DNA of 40,560 nucleotides from Selenomonadaceae bacterium (GCA_017479925.1 JAFVBP010000274.1:1-40560), one strand, 5' to 3'; positions 1 through 8,702 are shown, numbered from the stretch's first letter. The notes: generated by a model from the letters alone, not told the origin. Numbers and translations: made by a program.

Positions 1-219
1 AAAATTTTGCAGACTGGAGCGAAGTTTTTCCTCGGCGATTGAACCTTCGGGCAGACCGCCGCCGCACGCGAACGACTTCATCATAAAGCCGCCGTCGTAG
101 AGTTTTACCGCAGAAATTTTCATGTCAAGAGACCTCCTCGCGTCAACAATCGGTTGACCGTCAAGCATCAGATCGAGCGTCAATGCGCCCGCAGTTTTGA
201 TAAAGTCGCGACGATTCAT
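1..219 (-). CDS. partial CDS (N-terminal 73 codons only, continues beyond window start); twin-arginine-like N-terminus
   Basis: The reverse frame is open from ATG 219-217 to position 1: MNRRDFIKTAGALTLDLML...KSFACGGGLPEG. The ATG overlaps the TGA of the upstream gene (TGATG). It is absent from the ORF track because there is no stop in the window. Confidence 0.45.
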   Translation of the reverse strand, partial: MNRRDFIKTAGALTLDLMLDGQPIVDARRSLDMKISAVKLYDGGFMMKSFACGGGLPEGSIAEEKLRSSLQNF

Positions 220-836
220 CAGACTTTCTCCTTGAACGCCGTCGCAGGTTGACCGCACAACGGACAAATTTCGGGCGGATTGTCACCCGTGTGTTCGTAG
301 CCGCAAATCGTGCAGACCCAAACTTTCTGCGCAGGTTGAGCTTCGGCGGGCTGAGCTTCGACGGCTTGAGCGTCAATCTGCTTGAAATCTTTTTTCGGCT
401 GAGCGCAGACGGGACAAGTCCAATTGTCAGGCTCCGCGTCCAAATCGCCGACATATCTGTAACCGCAGCACGGGCACACGTAAACTTTTTGCCCTGCGGT
501 ATCGGCGGGCTTGAAGTCGGGCTTGTACTTTTTGAACAACTCGTCGATAACAACGCCGTGATGTTTTTCCTGCGCGGCGAAAGTTTCCATTTCGTCGGCG
601 GCCTTGTCGAGACCTGCGGCGCGGAATTTGTCGGCAAGAGCTTTAACGTTGCCTTCGCCCGCGTATTCGGCGGCACGGACACGGTCAAGCAGTTCCCAAA
701 AATCTTGCGGATACTTGCCGTTGAGCGTCGCGTAAAAGCCCGCGTGAACGGCTTCTTGATTGGCGGATTCGATTAACGTTTTGGCAACGTCGTCAAGACC
801 CTGTTCAGTCGCAAGGCGTGCCAATGCGTAATACAT
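219..836 (-). CDS. rubrerythrin-like diiron domain plus two rubredoxin-type modules (downstream half of a frameshift-split gene)
   Basis: Diiron motifs are present (E..NQEAVHA and EYAGE..AAQEKHH). There are two CxxC...CPxC modules (VCPCCGY..CPVCAQP and VCTICGYEH..CPLCGQP). The frame stays open upstream to 1064 and joins the 805..1818 frame at 867-874. ATG 836 has no SD. Confidence 0.6.
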   Translation of the reverse strand: MYYALARLATEQGLDDVAKTLIESANQEAVHAGFYATLNGKYPQDFWELLDRVRAAEYAGEGNVKALADKFRAAGLDKAADEMETFAAQEKHHGVVIDELFKKYKPDFKPADTAGQKVYVCPCCGYRYVGDLDAEPDNWTCPVCAQPKKDFKQIDAQAVEAQPAEAQPAQKVWVCTICGYEHTGDNPPEICPLCGQPATAFKEKV

Positions 837-1818
837 CAGCGTGCCGTTGAGTTCGGCGCGGGCGGCTTCCTTCCTTGGCAATGAATTCGAGTTCGGTGCC
901 TTTCGTCGCGCCGTGAAGACTGACTTTTTCCTTGAACACGGACGCAGGTTGACCGCAGACGGGACATTTTTCGGGCGGATTGTCGCCGACGTGTTCGTAG
1001 CCGCAGACGGAGCAAACCCAGCGTTTGCCTTCGGTTTTGGCAACTTCGGGCTTGTACTTGGCAATCAATTCGTCGATAACAACGCCGTGGTGCCATTCCT
1101 GTTCGGCGAAAACTTCAATTTCGTCAGCCGCAGAGTTAAAGCCCGCCGCACGAACGGCATCCGCAAGAGCTTTAATTTTCGTCTTGCCCGCGTATTCGGC
1201 TTTGGCGACACCCGCTACGAATTGCCAAAAGTCTTGCGGAACTTTGCCGCTCATTGTCGCGTAAAAGCCCGCGTGAACGGCTTCTTGATTGGCGGAGGCG
1301 ACGAAAGTTTTCGCGACTTCGGGCAAGCCCTGTTCGGTCGCAAGACGAGCCAGCGCGTAATACATCATGACGCCGTTCGCTTCGCCTTGAGCCAATGTCG
1401 CAATCGCCGTTTCAAGGTCGGTGCCGCGTGCCAAGCCGTAAACGCTTTCGGGCTTTTTGACGGACGCACTGCGATCAATTTTCGGGTACTCGAAGGCGTA
1501 ACCGACGCCGAAGTGAATCACCCATTCGGGCTTTTCGGGAATCGGAATCCAGTAGCCGTACGCCTTGCCGAAATTGCCTTCGTAGGTGCAAATTTGCGGC
1601 TCGCCCGTGTCGACGGCCTCGTTGCATTTACAACCGCGGTGATTTTCGGGCTTGCCGATTGACGAACATTTGACGCCCGGTTGAAGACCGAGTTCGGCGG
1701 CTTTCTTGTTGACGGCGACGATCTCGCGGCTTTTCTGCGTAATCGTCACGGCTTCGGGGAAGTTGTCCCACATCAGGTGAAATGCGCGGATAATGTCTTC
1801 GTTGCTCAAGCGAATCAC
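805..1818 (-). CDS. Cys-rich N-terminal domain of unknown function, plus rubrerythrin-like domain and rubredoxin module (upstream half of split gene)
   Basis: The 337-aa ORF contains MYYALARLATEQG...NQEAVHAGFY...AEQEWHHG followed by WVCSVCGYEHVGDNPPEKCPVCGQP. The start is GTG 1818, or TTG 1809 with AAGGGG 8 nt upstream. Confidence 0.7.
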   Translation of the reverse strand: MIRLSNEDIIRAFHLMWDNFPEAVTITQKSREIVAVNKKAAELGLQPGVKCSSIGKPENHRGCKCNEAVDTGEPQICTYEGNFGKAYGYWIPIPEKPEWVIHFGVGYAFEYPKIDRSASVKKPESVYGLARGTDLETAIATLAQGEANGVMMYYALARLATEQGLPEVAKTFVASANQEAVHAGFYATMSGKVPQDFWQFVAGVAKAEYAGKTKIKALADAVRAAGFNSAADEIEVFAEQEWHHGVVIDELIAKYKPEVAKTEGKRWVCSVCGYEHVGDNPPEKCPVCGQPASVFKEKVSLHGATKGTELEFIAKEGSRPRRTQRHADVLRIGTPCD

Positions 1819-2027
1819 CCCTTAAAATATAATACCTGTAAAAAATAACCTGCCGCGACGAATTTGGCAACGGTTTTGACGAAAAGTTTTACACTTCGCC
1901 GAAACTGTAAAGTACGCCGAAAGTTTCAGTTCGCGGCGACAAGTTTCGGTTTGCGGCGATAAACGAAGTCGACGCCGTTTCGGAAGTTGTCCAAGCAAAA
2001 TTGCATCGTCGCCGCCGTCGACGTCAT

Positions 2028-2062
2028 CATTACGCATTGCGCATTAAGCATTACGCATTAAA
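2028..2062 (+). repeat. heptad array family A (5 x CATTRMG), copy A1
   Basis: cattacg cattgcg cattaag cattacg cattaaa. Confidence 0.85.
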
Positions 2063-2090
2063 AAAACCCGTCGCGAAATTTGCAACGGGT
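2060..2090 (-). terminator. rho-independent terminator of ferritin-like gene
   Basis: Stem ACCCGT/ACGGGT is followed by a U7 run on the minus strand. Confidence 0.6.
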
Positions 2091-2106
2091 CGGGAAATTT
2101 TTTCTG

Positions 2107-2559
2107 TCAGAGCTGTTGAACGAGCCAATTCTGCTTGCCAATCATGTCGACGAGCGCAAGTTGTTGCTCCGTCCAATACATGTCGGATTCTTCGTCTTGA
2201 TAATACGTCTTCAGCAGGTCGAAAGTCGTCGGGTCGTCCTGCGCGGCACAAAGAACGTCCTTGAGCCAGGCAAGCCCGTGTTTGGAAACCTGCAAGTCGT
2301 GCTTGAGATATTCGACGACGTCCCAAATGACGGGCGCGGCGGACTTCGCTTCGAGCTTGACTTCGGCGTCCAAGTCAATCAAACGGTCAATGCATTTGAC
2401 GACGTAAGCGCGTTCCTCGGCGGCGTGCTCTTCGTATTGTTTGGCGAGTTTCGTCAAACCTTGCGCGGCGAAAATTCGCGATTGAATGACGTGACTGTCC
2501 GCCTGTTGAGCCAGCTCCGTGACGATCCTCTGAAGACCGTCGATAACTTTGTTGTCCAT
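2107..2559 (-). CDS. ferritin-like / bacterioferritin-family protein
   Basis: The 150-aa ORF has a C-terminus YYQDEESDMYWTEQQLALVDMIGKQNWLVQQ that resembles the bacterioferritin EEEHIDWLETQL..IG.QNYLQ motif. Confidence 0.65.
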   Translation of the reverse strand: MDNKVIDGLQRIVTELAQQADSHVIQSRIFAAQGLTKLAKQYEEHAAEERAYVVKCIDRLIDLDAEVKLEAKSAAPVIWDVVEYLKHDLQVSKHGLAWLKDVLCAAQDDPTTFDLLKTYYQDEESDMYWTEQQLALVDMIGKQNWLVQQL

Positions 2560-2711
2560 GAAAACACCTCCGCAAAAATTTCAATCGTTCGGGTCGGTCG
2601 CTTCAAAAGCGACGGAACAATTTGGCTGACACGCGACGAAATCTGGCCGACATGGATGTCGGCCGCCCGCAGTTGATACAGGATGTATCACCTGCGGGCT
2701 GTTTTCTTTTG

Positions 2712-2738
2712 GCAACGTGGACGTTGCATCCAATTTGG
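2712..2738 (+). repeat. P module hairpin (GCAACGTnnACGTTGC + ATCCAATTGG), copy P1
   Basis: Sequence is gcaacgtggacgttgcatccaatttgg, nested inside composite copy 1. Confidence 0.75.
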
Positions 2739-2771
2739 ACGACGTTGTCGCTTCGATTGACGAGACGGCAA

Positions 2772-2800
2772 CAAATTGTTCTCCCGCTTTCAAAGCGGGG
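2772..2800 (+). repeat. N module (AAATTGTTC + palindrome CGCTTTnAAAGCG), copy N1
   Basis: caaattgttctcccgctttcaaagcgggg. Confidence 0.75.
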
Positions 2801-2888
2801 CTTTTGCGCCAAAAGAAAAGTAGAGCATCCCGTCAATGCCGTAATCGCGCACGGGAACTTTTTTGATTATGTCGGGAAACATTTTCGC

Positions 2889-3449
2889 TCACAAACTTTC
2901 GACGAAGGCAATCAATTCGTCCGCGTATTTTTTTGACTTGTCGACGAGCGCGGCTTTTTGTTCGTCGGTGGTGACGCCCGGCACGTAAAGAATTCCGCAG
3001 ACGTAGAAAATCTTCATGAGGTCGAGCTTGCACATGCCCGCGAATTTCGCGACGGGACAGGTGAAGTCTTCGATTGTGTTACCCATGACGCCGTCTTCAG
3101 CGTAAGCGATTTCGGGCGCACCCGTCGTCACCGACACGAGTAATTTTTTGCCTTTGAGCGCGTTGCCCGTCGAGCCGTAAGCCCAGCCGTGCTCCATGAC
3201 TTTATCAATGTAAAGTTTGAGCAAACCGGGCACGCCGAACCAGTGCATCGGGTACGCGAAAATGACGACGTCCGCTTTTTCGAGCGCGGCCTGTTCCGCC
3301 TTGATGTCGAATTTGTAATCGGGATAAAGTTCGTCGAGCTTGCGAATTTCGGCTTGCGGCAGACGCGCAGAAATTTCGTCGAGAATCGTCTTGTTCGCGA
3401 CAGAAATTTTCAAGTCGGGGTGTCCGCTGATAACCAAAACGTTTTTCAT
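2889..3449 (-). CDS. flavodoxin-like-fold NAD(P)H dehydrogenase (quinone) family protein
   Basis: The 186-aa ORF contains MKNVLVISGHP...ADVVIFAYPMHWFGVPGLLKLYIDKV, typical of the Flavodoxin_2 / MdaB-KefF-like family. Confidence 0.75.
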   Translation of the reverse strand: MKNVLVISGHPDLKISVANKTILDEISARLPQAEIRKLDELYPDYKFDIKAEQAALEKADVVIFAYPMHWFGVPGLLKLYIDKVMEHGWAYGSTGNALKGKKLLVSVTTGAPEIAYAEDGVMGNTIEDFTCPVAKFAGMCKLDLMKIFYVCGILYVPGVTTDEQKAALVDKSKKYADELIAFVESL

Positions 3450-3468
3450 GATGTAACCTCCAAAAAGG

Positions 3469-3496
3469 CAATTAGGAATTTGGAATTAGTAATTAT
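3469..3496 (+). repeat. heptad array family B (NAATTWG units), copy B1
   Basis: caattag gaatttg gaattag taattat. Confidence 0.75.
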
Positions 3497-3520
3497 CGCC
3501 GACTGCGACGAATCGGTTTG

Positions 3521-3549
3521 CCAAATTGTTCCCACGATTTTAAAGCGGG
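3521..3549 (+). repeat. N module, copy N2 (degenerate), followed by an M1 half-site
   Basis: Sequence is ccaaattgttcccacgattttaaagcggg, followed by ctttcgccggtgaaagaaagtag. Confidence 0.6.
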
Positions 3550-3577
3550 TCTTTCGCCGGTGAAAGAAAGTAGATCT

Positions 3578-4369
3578 TCACGCTTCAAGAGCTTTTTTGT
3601 ACGTGTCGAGAGTGTTGTCCGCCGCCGAAGTCAAAAAGAACGTGTCGCCGCCGAGTGCCAAGAAACTCACGCCCAAATCGACGAAACGTTTCGCCTGATC
3701 GGTCGTCAAAGCGATTGTGCCGACGGGCTTGCCGAGCTTGCGAACGCGTTTAATCATGTCGTCCATTGCCGCTTCAACTTCGGGGTGGAAAATGTTGATG
3801 CCGTGACCCATGTCGACGGCCAAATCAATCGGTCCCAGGAAAATTCCGCCGACGCCGGGCGTGTTCGCGATTGCCTCAAGATTTTCGTGCCCGCGCACGC
3901 TTTCAATCTGCGGCAGAATGCAAATTTCCTCAACGTTGCGCTCAAGATAATCGGGGTGACGGTTGAAACGTCCCGCACGCACGGCAGAGGCACCGAATCC
4001 GCGGTTGCCGCGCGGCGCGTAAGAAGCCCAATACATAATCGATTCGGTTTCGTCGCCCGTTTCGACCTTCGGGATGATGATGTTTTGAATGCCGCCGTCA
4101 AGCAGCTGTTTGATGATACCCGTGCCCGCCTGCGGAATTCTGACGACGGGCGTCATGTCGTAAGCGGCGATTGCGCGGGCGATGTCCAAAATCGACGTGA
4201 CGGTGTGACTGCCGTGTTCGCCGTCGACGAAAAGCCAATCGAAATTCGACGTTGCCAAAATTTCCGCGACTTCCGCCGAAGATGTTTCTTGCCCGACGCC
4301 GTATTGAAGTTTGCCCGCCTCGATTCCGTGCTTGAATTTGTTGTAAAGATAATCTTTGACCATCGGCAT
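3578..4369 (-). CDS. HpcH/HpaI-family aldolase
   Basis: The 263-aa ORF carries [34 protein letters not shown] and LPQIES motifs. RBS is GGAGG. Confidence 0.85.
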   Translation of the reverse strand: MPMVKDYLYNKFKHGIEAGKLQYGVGQETSSAEVAEILATSNFDWLFVDGEHGSHTVTSILDIARAIAAYDMTPVVRIPQAGTGIIKQLLDGGIQNIIIPKVETGDETESIMYWASYAPRGNRGFGASAVRAGRFNRHPDYLERNVEEICILPQIESVRGHENLEAIANTPGVGGIFLGPIDLAVDMGHGINIFHPEVEAAMDDMIKRVRKLGKPVGTIALTTDQAKRFVDLGVSFLALGGDTFFLTSAADNTLDTYKKALEA

Positions 4370-4386
4370 AAAAAATCAACCTCCGT

Positions 4387-4429
4387 AAAAAAAATTTCGC
4401 GACAAGTTTACGATACACGCCGCGAAATT
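4387..4429 (-). terminator. rho-independent terminator after the TetR gene
   Basis: A 9-bp stem AATTTCGCG/CGCGAAATT is followed by a U8 run on the minus strand. Confidence 0.65.
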
Positions 4430-4444
4430 TCAATTTACAAAACG

Positions 4445-4999
4445 TCAAATGTGTAAAAGCAACGGCTTGAGCGGCTCCGGCATTGCCTCGACGAAAAATT
4501 TTGCCATTTCACGCGGTGAACAATCCCACTTGCCGATAATCCAATCGTTGACGAGTTCCGACACGCCGCGCATAAAAAATTTCACGCAGAAATAAATCGT
4601 CGGCTCAAGTTCGCGCAGGTTGTGACGCGTCTTAATCCACTCGACAAGCAAGTTAATCGCGTGATCGTTGGTGGCGTAGCGGAAAGAATTTTGCCCGACG
4701 GCGTTTTTCAACAGGTTGACGTAAAAAGTTTCGTCTTCAAGAATAATTTCCATCCACTTGCAAACAACGTCCTCGAAAGTGTCGCCGCGCCCGAAATTCA
4801 CAATCGACGCTTCGACTTTCTGATTGTAAATCCACGCCATCAGCTCGTATTTGTCGCAGAAGTTGTTGTAAAAAGTCGGCGCGGTCAAGCCGCAATTTTT
4901 CGTAAGTTCGCGCACGGTAATTTTGTCGACGGGCTTGCGTTGAGCCAAATCTTTGAGCGATTCGGCAAGCAGAACTTTGGTCGGCTGTCGAAGAATCAT
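4445..4999 (-). CDS. TetR/AcrR-family transcriptional regulator
   Basis: Internal start MILRQPTKVLLAESLKDLAQRKPVDKITVRELTKNCGLTAPTFYNNF is the TetR HTH signature. The upstream ORF extension looks non-coding. Confidence 0.8.
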   Translation of the reverse strand: MILRQPTKVLLAESLKDLAQRKPVDKITVRELTKNCGLTAPTFYNNFCDKYELMAWIYNQKVEASIVNFGRGDTFEDVVCKWMEIILEDETFYVNLLKNAVGQNSFRYATNDHAINLLVEWIKTRHNLRELEPTIYFCVKFFMRGVSELVNDWIIGKWDCSPREMAKFFVEAMPEPLKPLLLHI

Positions 5000-5087
5000 T
5001 TTTATCACCCGAAAGATTTTACAACAGCTTCGACACGAAAAAAAGCCCCGACGAATTGTCGGAGCTTGTTGACCGTGTTTGATGATT

Positions 5088-5933
5088 TTACCTGATGAAG
5101 ACGACCGCGCAGTTGTCGAGAAATCTGTCGTGAGCGTTCGCGGCAAGAATTTTGTCCGCGTCTGCGACGGAAATCACGGGATTGGCGTTCATGTCGTCAA
5201 GTCGCACGGCTTTGACGACAATCGGATTGGAACCTGCGCGCTGTTTGGCGGTTTGGTCGTAAGCGTCGGAAGCGTAAGCCGCCATGCCGTTGACGATAAT
5301 TTTATCGTAATCGAGATTTTGGTGCCCGTAAATCTTCGTGCCGTCGGCGTTTTTGACAACGGGACTCATGACGCAGTTGATGTTCATGCCGCGACAATCG
5401 ATAACCAAGCCCGTGAAATTTTGGCTGATGACGGTCGGCTCGTTGACGACACTGACGTTGACGGGCTGCGGAAAATCGGTCTTCGGCTCGTCTTTGAACG
5501 GCAGAAACGCGGCGTCGGACAGCGAATCGCTTGAGCCGAACAGCGGCATTTCCAAAACGACCTGACAGGTGCCGTCGTCGAAATATTGAACGTCAACTTC
5601 GCTCATGCCGCGAATAATCGTGTCGACGCGTGTGCGAACGTTGTCGTATTGAAGTTCCAGATCTTTAATCGAAGATTCGGAAGTGACTTGCACGCCCTGC
5701 ACGATTTCAGCCAGGTTGCGTTGAGCGTCCATCGTCGCGGCACGTTTTGATTGAGCGCGGTAAATGGCGATTTTGCTGCGGTCTTTGGACTTGCCCGCGC
5801 CGACACCCGTTGCACGAACAACGCCGCGTTCCCAATCAACGCCGTTTTCGGGTGCCGCGAACGCGACAGTCGACATTGCCAACGCGAACAACAGCATGGT
5901 CACAAAAGCCGCGAATTTGATTTTGAGCTTCAC
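5088..5933 (-). CDS. secreted protein with LPP20-like N-terminal domain
   Basis: GTG start follows a GGGGG RBS. The signal peptide is VKLKIKFAAFVTMLLFALAMSTVAFA/AP. The region AIYRAQSKRAATMDAQRNLAEIV is LPP20-like. Confidence 0.55.
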   Translation of the reverse strand: MKLKIKFAAFVTMLLFALAMSTVAFAAPENGVDWERGVVRATGVGAGKSKDRSKIAIYRAQSKRAATMDAQRNLAEIVQGVQVTSESSIKDLELQYDNVRTRVDTIIRGMSEVDVQYFDDGTCQVVLEMPLFGSSDSLSDAAFLPFKDEPKTDFPQPVNVSVVNEPTVISQNFTGLVIDCRGMNINCVMSPVVKNADGTKIYGHQNLDYDKIIVNGMAAYASDAYDQTAKQRAGSNPIVVKAVRLDDMNANPVISVADADKILAANAHDRFLDNCAVVFIR

Positions 5934-5999
5934 GATAAACACCCCCAAAAATTTTTACGGCTGAATTTTACTTAAATCGTCGGGCAGTGTCAATTACGC

Positions 6000-6037
6000 A
6001 AAAAAAATCCCGCGACGTTAAATCGAGCGTCACGGAA
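6000..6037 (-). terminator. rho-independent terminator downstream of tsf
   Basis: Stem CCGTGACG/CGTCGCGG has one G-U on the minus RNA and is followed by a U8 run. Confidence 0.6.
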
Positions 6038-6056
6038 TTTTTAATCGTGCGTTATG

Positions 6057-6091
6057 AATTGCGCATTACGCATTAAGCATTGCGCATTGAA
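6057..6091 (+). repeat. heptad array family A, copy A2
   Basis: aattgcg cattacg cattaag cattgcg cattgaa; abuts the tsf stop codon. Confidence 0.85.
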
Positions 6092-6093
6092 TT

Positions 6094-6963
6094 TCACATG
6101 CCGGCTTGAGCCGCGACTTCAGCCGCGAAGTCGGTTTCTTTCTTTTCGATGCCTTCGCCGAGCTGGTAACGGGCAAAGCGCACAACTTTTTCGCCGCCGA
6201 GGATGTCTTTGACGGTTTTTTCGCTGTCTTTGACGAAAATTTGTTCGACGAGGCAAACTTCCTTGTAGAACTTGTTGATTCGGCCGGCAACCATCTTTTC
6301 GACGATTTTGGCGGGCTTGCCTTCTTCGAGAGCCTGCTTGCGAAGAATTTCTTTTTCGTGTTCGAGTTCGGAGGCGTCGACGCCGTCACGGTCAACCGCC
6401 ATGGGATTGGCAGCCGCGATTTGCATTGCGATATCTTTGCCGAGTTCGTCGGAGCCGCCCGTCATGTCGACAAGCACGCCGATTTTGCCGCCCATGTGAA
6501 TGTAAGTGGTGAGCTTGCCCGAAGTTTCATACGTGACGAAACGGCGAATTGAAATTTTTTCGCCGATTGTCGCGGTCGCTTCAGTCACGAGTTCGGAAAC
6601 TTTTTTGCCGTCGATAACGCCGTCGTTGAGCGCGTCGAGGTCGGCGGGTTTCGCTTCGGCAATGTATTCGATAACTTTCTTTTCGAGTGCGCGGAAGTTT
6701 TCGTTGTTTGCGGTGAAGTCGGTTTCGCAGTTGACTTCGAGCAGGACGCCCGTCTTGCCGTCTTTGGAAATGTAAGCGGCAACGGCACCGTCAGCGGCAG
6801 TGCGACCGGCTTTTTTGGCGGCTTTGGCGATACCTTTTTCGCGCAACCAGTCAATCGCTTTTTGCATGTCGCCGTCGTTGGCGGTCAAAGCTTTTTTGCA
6901 ATCCATCATGCCTGCGCCGGTACGTTCGCGCAGTTCTTTAACATCTTTAGCACTGATAGCCAT
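6094..6963 (-). CDS. tsf: translation elongation factor Ts
   Basis: [26 protein letters not shown]...; RBS is GGGAG; it lies downstream of rpsB. Confidence 0.95.
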   Translation of the reverse strand: MAISAKDVKELRERTGAGMMDCKKALTANDGDMQKAIDWLREKGIAKAAKKAGRTAADGAVAAYISKDGKTGVLLEVNCETDFTANNENFRALEKKVIEYIAEAKPADLDALNDGVIDGKKVSELVTEATATIGEKISIRRFVTYETSGKLTTYIHMGGKIGVLVDMTGGSDELGKDIAMQIAAANPMAVDRDGVDASELEHEKEILRKQALEEGKPAKIVEKMVAGRINKFYKEVCLVEQIFVKDSEKTVKDILGGEKVVRFARYQLGEGIEKKETDFAAEVAAQAGM

Positions 6964-6996
6964 GTATGAGAAATCTCCCTTCGGTCGGTTTTTGAA

Positions 6997-7031
6997 TGAC
7001 AAGTGGCAAGGGACACGGGACAAGTGTGTTG
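6997..7031 (+). repeat. heptad array family C (NGRCANG units), copy C1-left
   Basis: tgacaag tggcaag ggacacg ggacaag tgtgttg. Confidence 0.8.
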
Positions 7032-7048
7032 GCGTCGGTGCGTCGAAT

Positions 7049-7078
7049 CTTGTCCCTTTTCCCGTGTCACTTGTCCCT
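7049..7078 (-). repeat. heptad array family C, copy C1-right (inverted relative to C1-left)
   Basis: cttgtcc cttttcc cgtgtca cttgtcc ct. Confidence 0.8.
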
Positions 7079-7083
7079 GAAAA

Positions 7084-7797
7084 TTATTCGTTGTCGTCGG
7101 CTTGAGCGTTCTCCGCGCCCTGGTTGCCTTCGAGCATTGCGTCGGCGATTTTGGCGGTCAACAATTTCACCGCACGAATCGCGTCGTCGTTGCCGGGAAT
7201 GACGTAATCAATTTCGTCGGGGTCGCAGTTCGTGTCGACAATGGCGACAATCGGAATGCCCAACTTGCGGGCTTCGGCGACGGCAATGCGTTCCTTGCGC
7301 GGGTCAACGACGAAAAGTGCGCCGGGCAACTTGTTCATTTCTTTGATGCCGCCGAGATATTTTTCAAGACGCGCCATTTCGTGACGCAGTTGCATGACTT
7401 CCTTTTTGGTGAGGACTTCAAAGGTGCCGTCTTGCTCCATGGTTTGGAGTTCTTTGAGGCGATTGATGCGCTTTTGAATCGTCTGGAAGTTCGTCAACAT
7501 GCCGCCGAGCCAGCGTTCGTTGACGAAAAATTGTCCCGAACGCACGGCTTCTTCTTTGACGGCTTCTTGAGCTTGTTTCTTCGTGCCGACGAACAGAATC
7601 GACTTGCCTTCTTCGGCGACGGAACGCACGAAAGCATAAGCTTCGTCGACTTTGCGAACGGTTTTTTGCAGATCGATGATGTAAATGCCGTTGCGTTCGG
7701 TGAAGATGTAACGCGCCATTTTCGGGTTCCAACGCCGCGTTTGGTGACCGAAGTGCACGCCCGCTTCCAAAAGCTGTTTCATTGAGATAACTGCCAT
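7084..7797 (-). CDS. rpsB: 30S ribosomal protein S2
   Basis: [27 protein letters not shown]...; RBS is AGGAGG. Confidence 0.95.
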   Translation of the reverse strand: MAVISMKQLLEAGVHFGHQTRRWNPKMARYIFTERNGIYIIDLQKTVRKVDEAYAFVRSVAEEGKSILFVGTKKQAQEAVKEEAVRSGQFFVNERWLGGMLTNFQTIQKRINRLKELQTMEQDGTFEVLTKKEVMQLRHEMARLEKYLGGIKEMNKLPGALFVVDPRKERIAVAEARKLGIPIVAIVDTNCDPDEIDYVIPGNDDAIRAVKLLTAKIADAMLEGNQGAENAQADDNE

Positions 7798-7892
7798 TTG
7801 AGTGATACCTCCTGTTATTGTCGTCCGCGGGACATTTTTCGCGCCGATTAACAGTTATCGGGTATCAGATGACGACATGTTTCGGGAAAAAA

Positions 7893-7927
7893 CTTGTCCC
7901 GTGTCCCGTGTCACTTGTCCCTTATCC
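7893..7927 (-). repeat. heptad array family C, copy C2 (inside the rpsB 5' leader)
   Basis: cttgtcc cgtgtcc cgtgtca cttgtcc cttatcc. Confidence 0.85.
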
Positions 7928-7972
7928 GCACAGGTCGACGCTCCGCCCCGCGTGGTTGTTTAAACGGCGCGC

Positions 7973-8001
7973 ATTATATCACGGCAAATTTTCTACGGCA
8001 A
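7973..8001 (-). promoter_or_regulatory. sigma70-type promoter for rpsB-tsf
   Basis: On the minus strand, TTGCCG, a 17-nt spacer, then TATAAT. Confidence 0.55.
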
Positions 8002-8056
8002 GATTTATTTCACGTGACGGCTTGCAAGTTTCCTGAAGCGAATCTGAAATCTTAGA

Positions 8057-8085
8057 TTGACATTAAAATTTCGGCGTGTTACAAT
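8057..8085 (+). promoter_or_regulatory. sigma70-type promoter for rnpB
   Basis: TTGACA, a 17-nt spacer, then TGtTACAAT (extended -10). Confidence 0.65.
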
Positions 8086-8091
8086 TTTCGC

Positions 8092-8438
8092 GTCGACAGG
8101 CAGGAGAGGCAGTCGCGGGGAATTTTTTCCACGAGGAAAGTCCGGACTCCACAGAGCGGCGTGCCGGGTAACGCCCGGTGAGAGTAATCTTAAAGACAGT
8201 GTCACAGAAAAGAAAACCGCCGAATTTTTTCGGTAAGGATGAAACGGCAGGGTAAGAGCCTACCGGTTGTCGAGTAATCGGCAAGCCTGACAAACCTCAC
8301 GCGGAGCAAAACTAAATAGGAAAGGGTTGAGGTTGCTCGCTGACCTTTCGGGTAAGTTGCTACGACTTGAGCGGCAACGTTCAAGCTAGATAAATGACTG
8401 CCATTATACAGAATCCGGCTTATTGACTGCCTGTCAAC
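8092..8438 (+). ncRNA. rnpB: RNase P RNA, bacterial type A
   Basis: Contains GAGGAAAGTCCGGACTCCACAGAGC, ACAGAAAAGAAAACCGCC, GGTAAGAGCCTACCGG and ACAGAATCCGGCTTA. The P1 helix pairs gacaggcag (8095-8103) with ctgcctgtc (8427-8435). Confidence 0.85.
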
Positions 8439-8450
8439 ACGCGAAATTCC

Positions 8451-8490
8451 AACGTCGCTGCAAATTTCGCGGCGACGTTTTAACTTTTTT
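8451..8490 (+). terminator. putative terminator after rnpB
   Basis: Stem AACGTCGC/GCGACGTT is followed by TTTAACTTTTTT. Confidence 0.45.
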
Positions 8491-8518
8491 GTCGTTGCGC
8501 ACGACGAGCGTGTTTGAT

Positions 8519-8702
8519 CTACTTTCTTTGACCGAGCAAAGAAAGTAGCAAAGAAACTCGCCACTGCGCGTGGAGCGGATACTCGTTCGCCGCCGAAATG
8601 TCCGCGTGCACACTTACCGCCTCGGCGTCGCATGATACATCCTGTATCATACGCGACGCGCGGCCGACATCCATGTCGGCCGGAATTTACGGTAACGGTC
8701 GG
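8519..8702 (+). repeat. composite three-hairpin element, copy 2 (with about 70-nt internal insert and M5 tail)
   Basis: Contains M1 ctactttctttgaccgagcaaagaaagtag, M3 gcgtcgc-atgataca-tcc-tgtatcat-acgcgacgc, M4 ggccgacatccatgtcggcc and tail ggaatttacggtaacggtcgg. Confidence 0.85.

Larger units (their letters stand above)
2645..2823 (-). repeat. composite three-hairpin intergenic element, copy 1 (inverted; interrupted by nested P and N modules)
   Basis: Contains M4 ggccgacatggatgtcggcc, M3 gcccgcag-t-tgataca-gga-tgtatca-c-ctgcgggc, linker tgttttcttttgg and the M1 right half ttttgcgccaaaagaaaagtag. Confidence 0.85.

Noticed and set aside
1-219. A genuine Tat-exported protein at the window edge.
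   Set aside because: The RRDFIK motif is present, but the following h-region (TAGALTLDLMLDG) contains acidic residues and only 73 codons are visible. Export status cannot be judged, so it is reported only as a partial CDS.
8005-8633. Minus-strand ORFs 8005..8205, 8063..8293 and 8202..8633.
   Set aside because: They overlap the plus-strand RNase P RNA, its terminator and a composite repeat, and they have no coding signatures.
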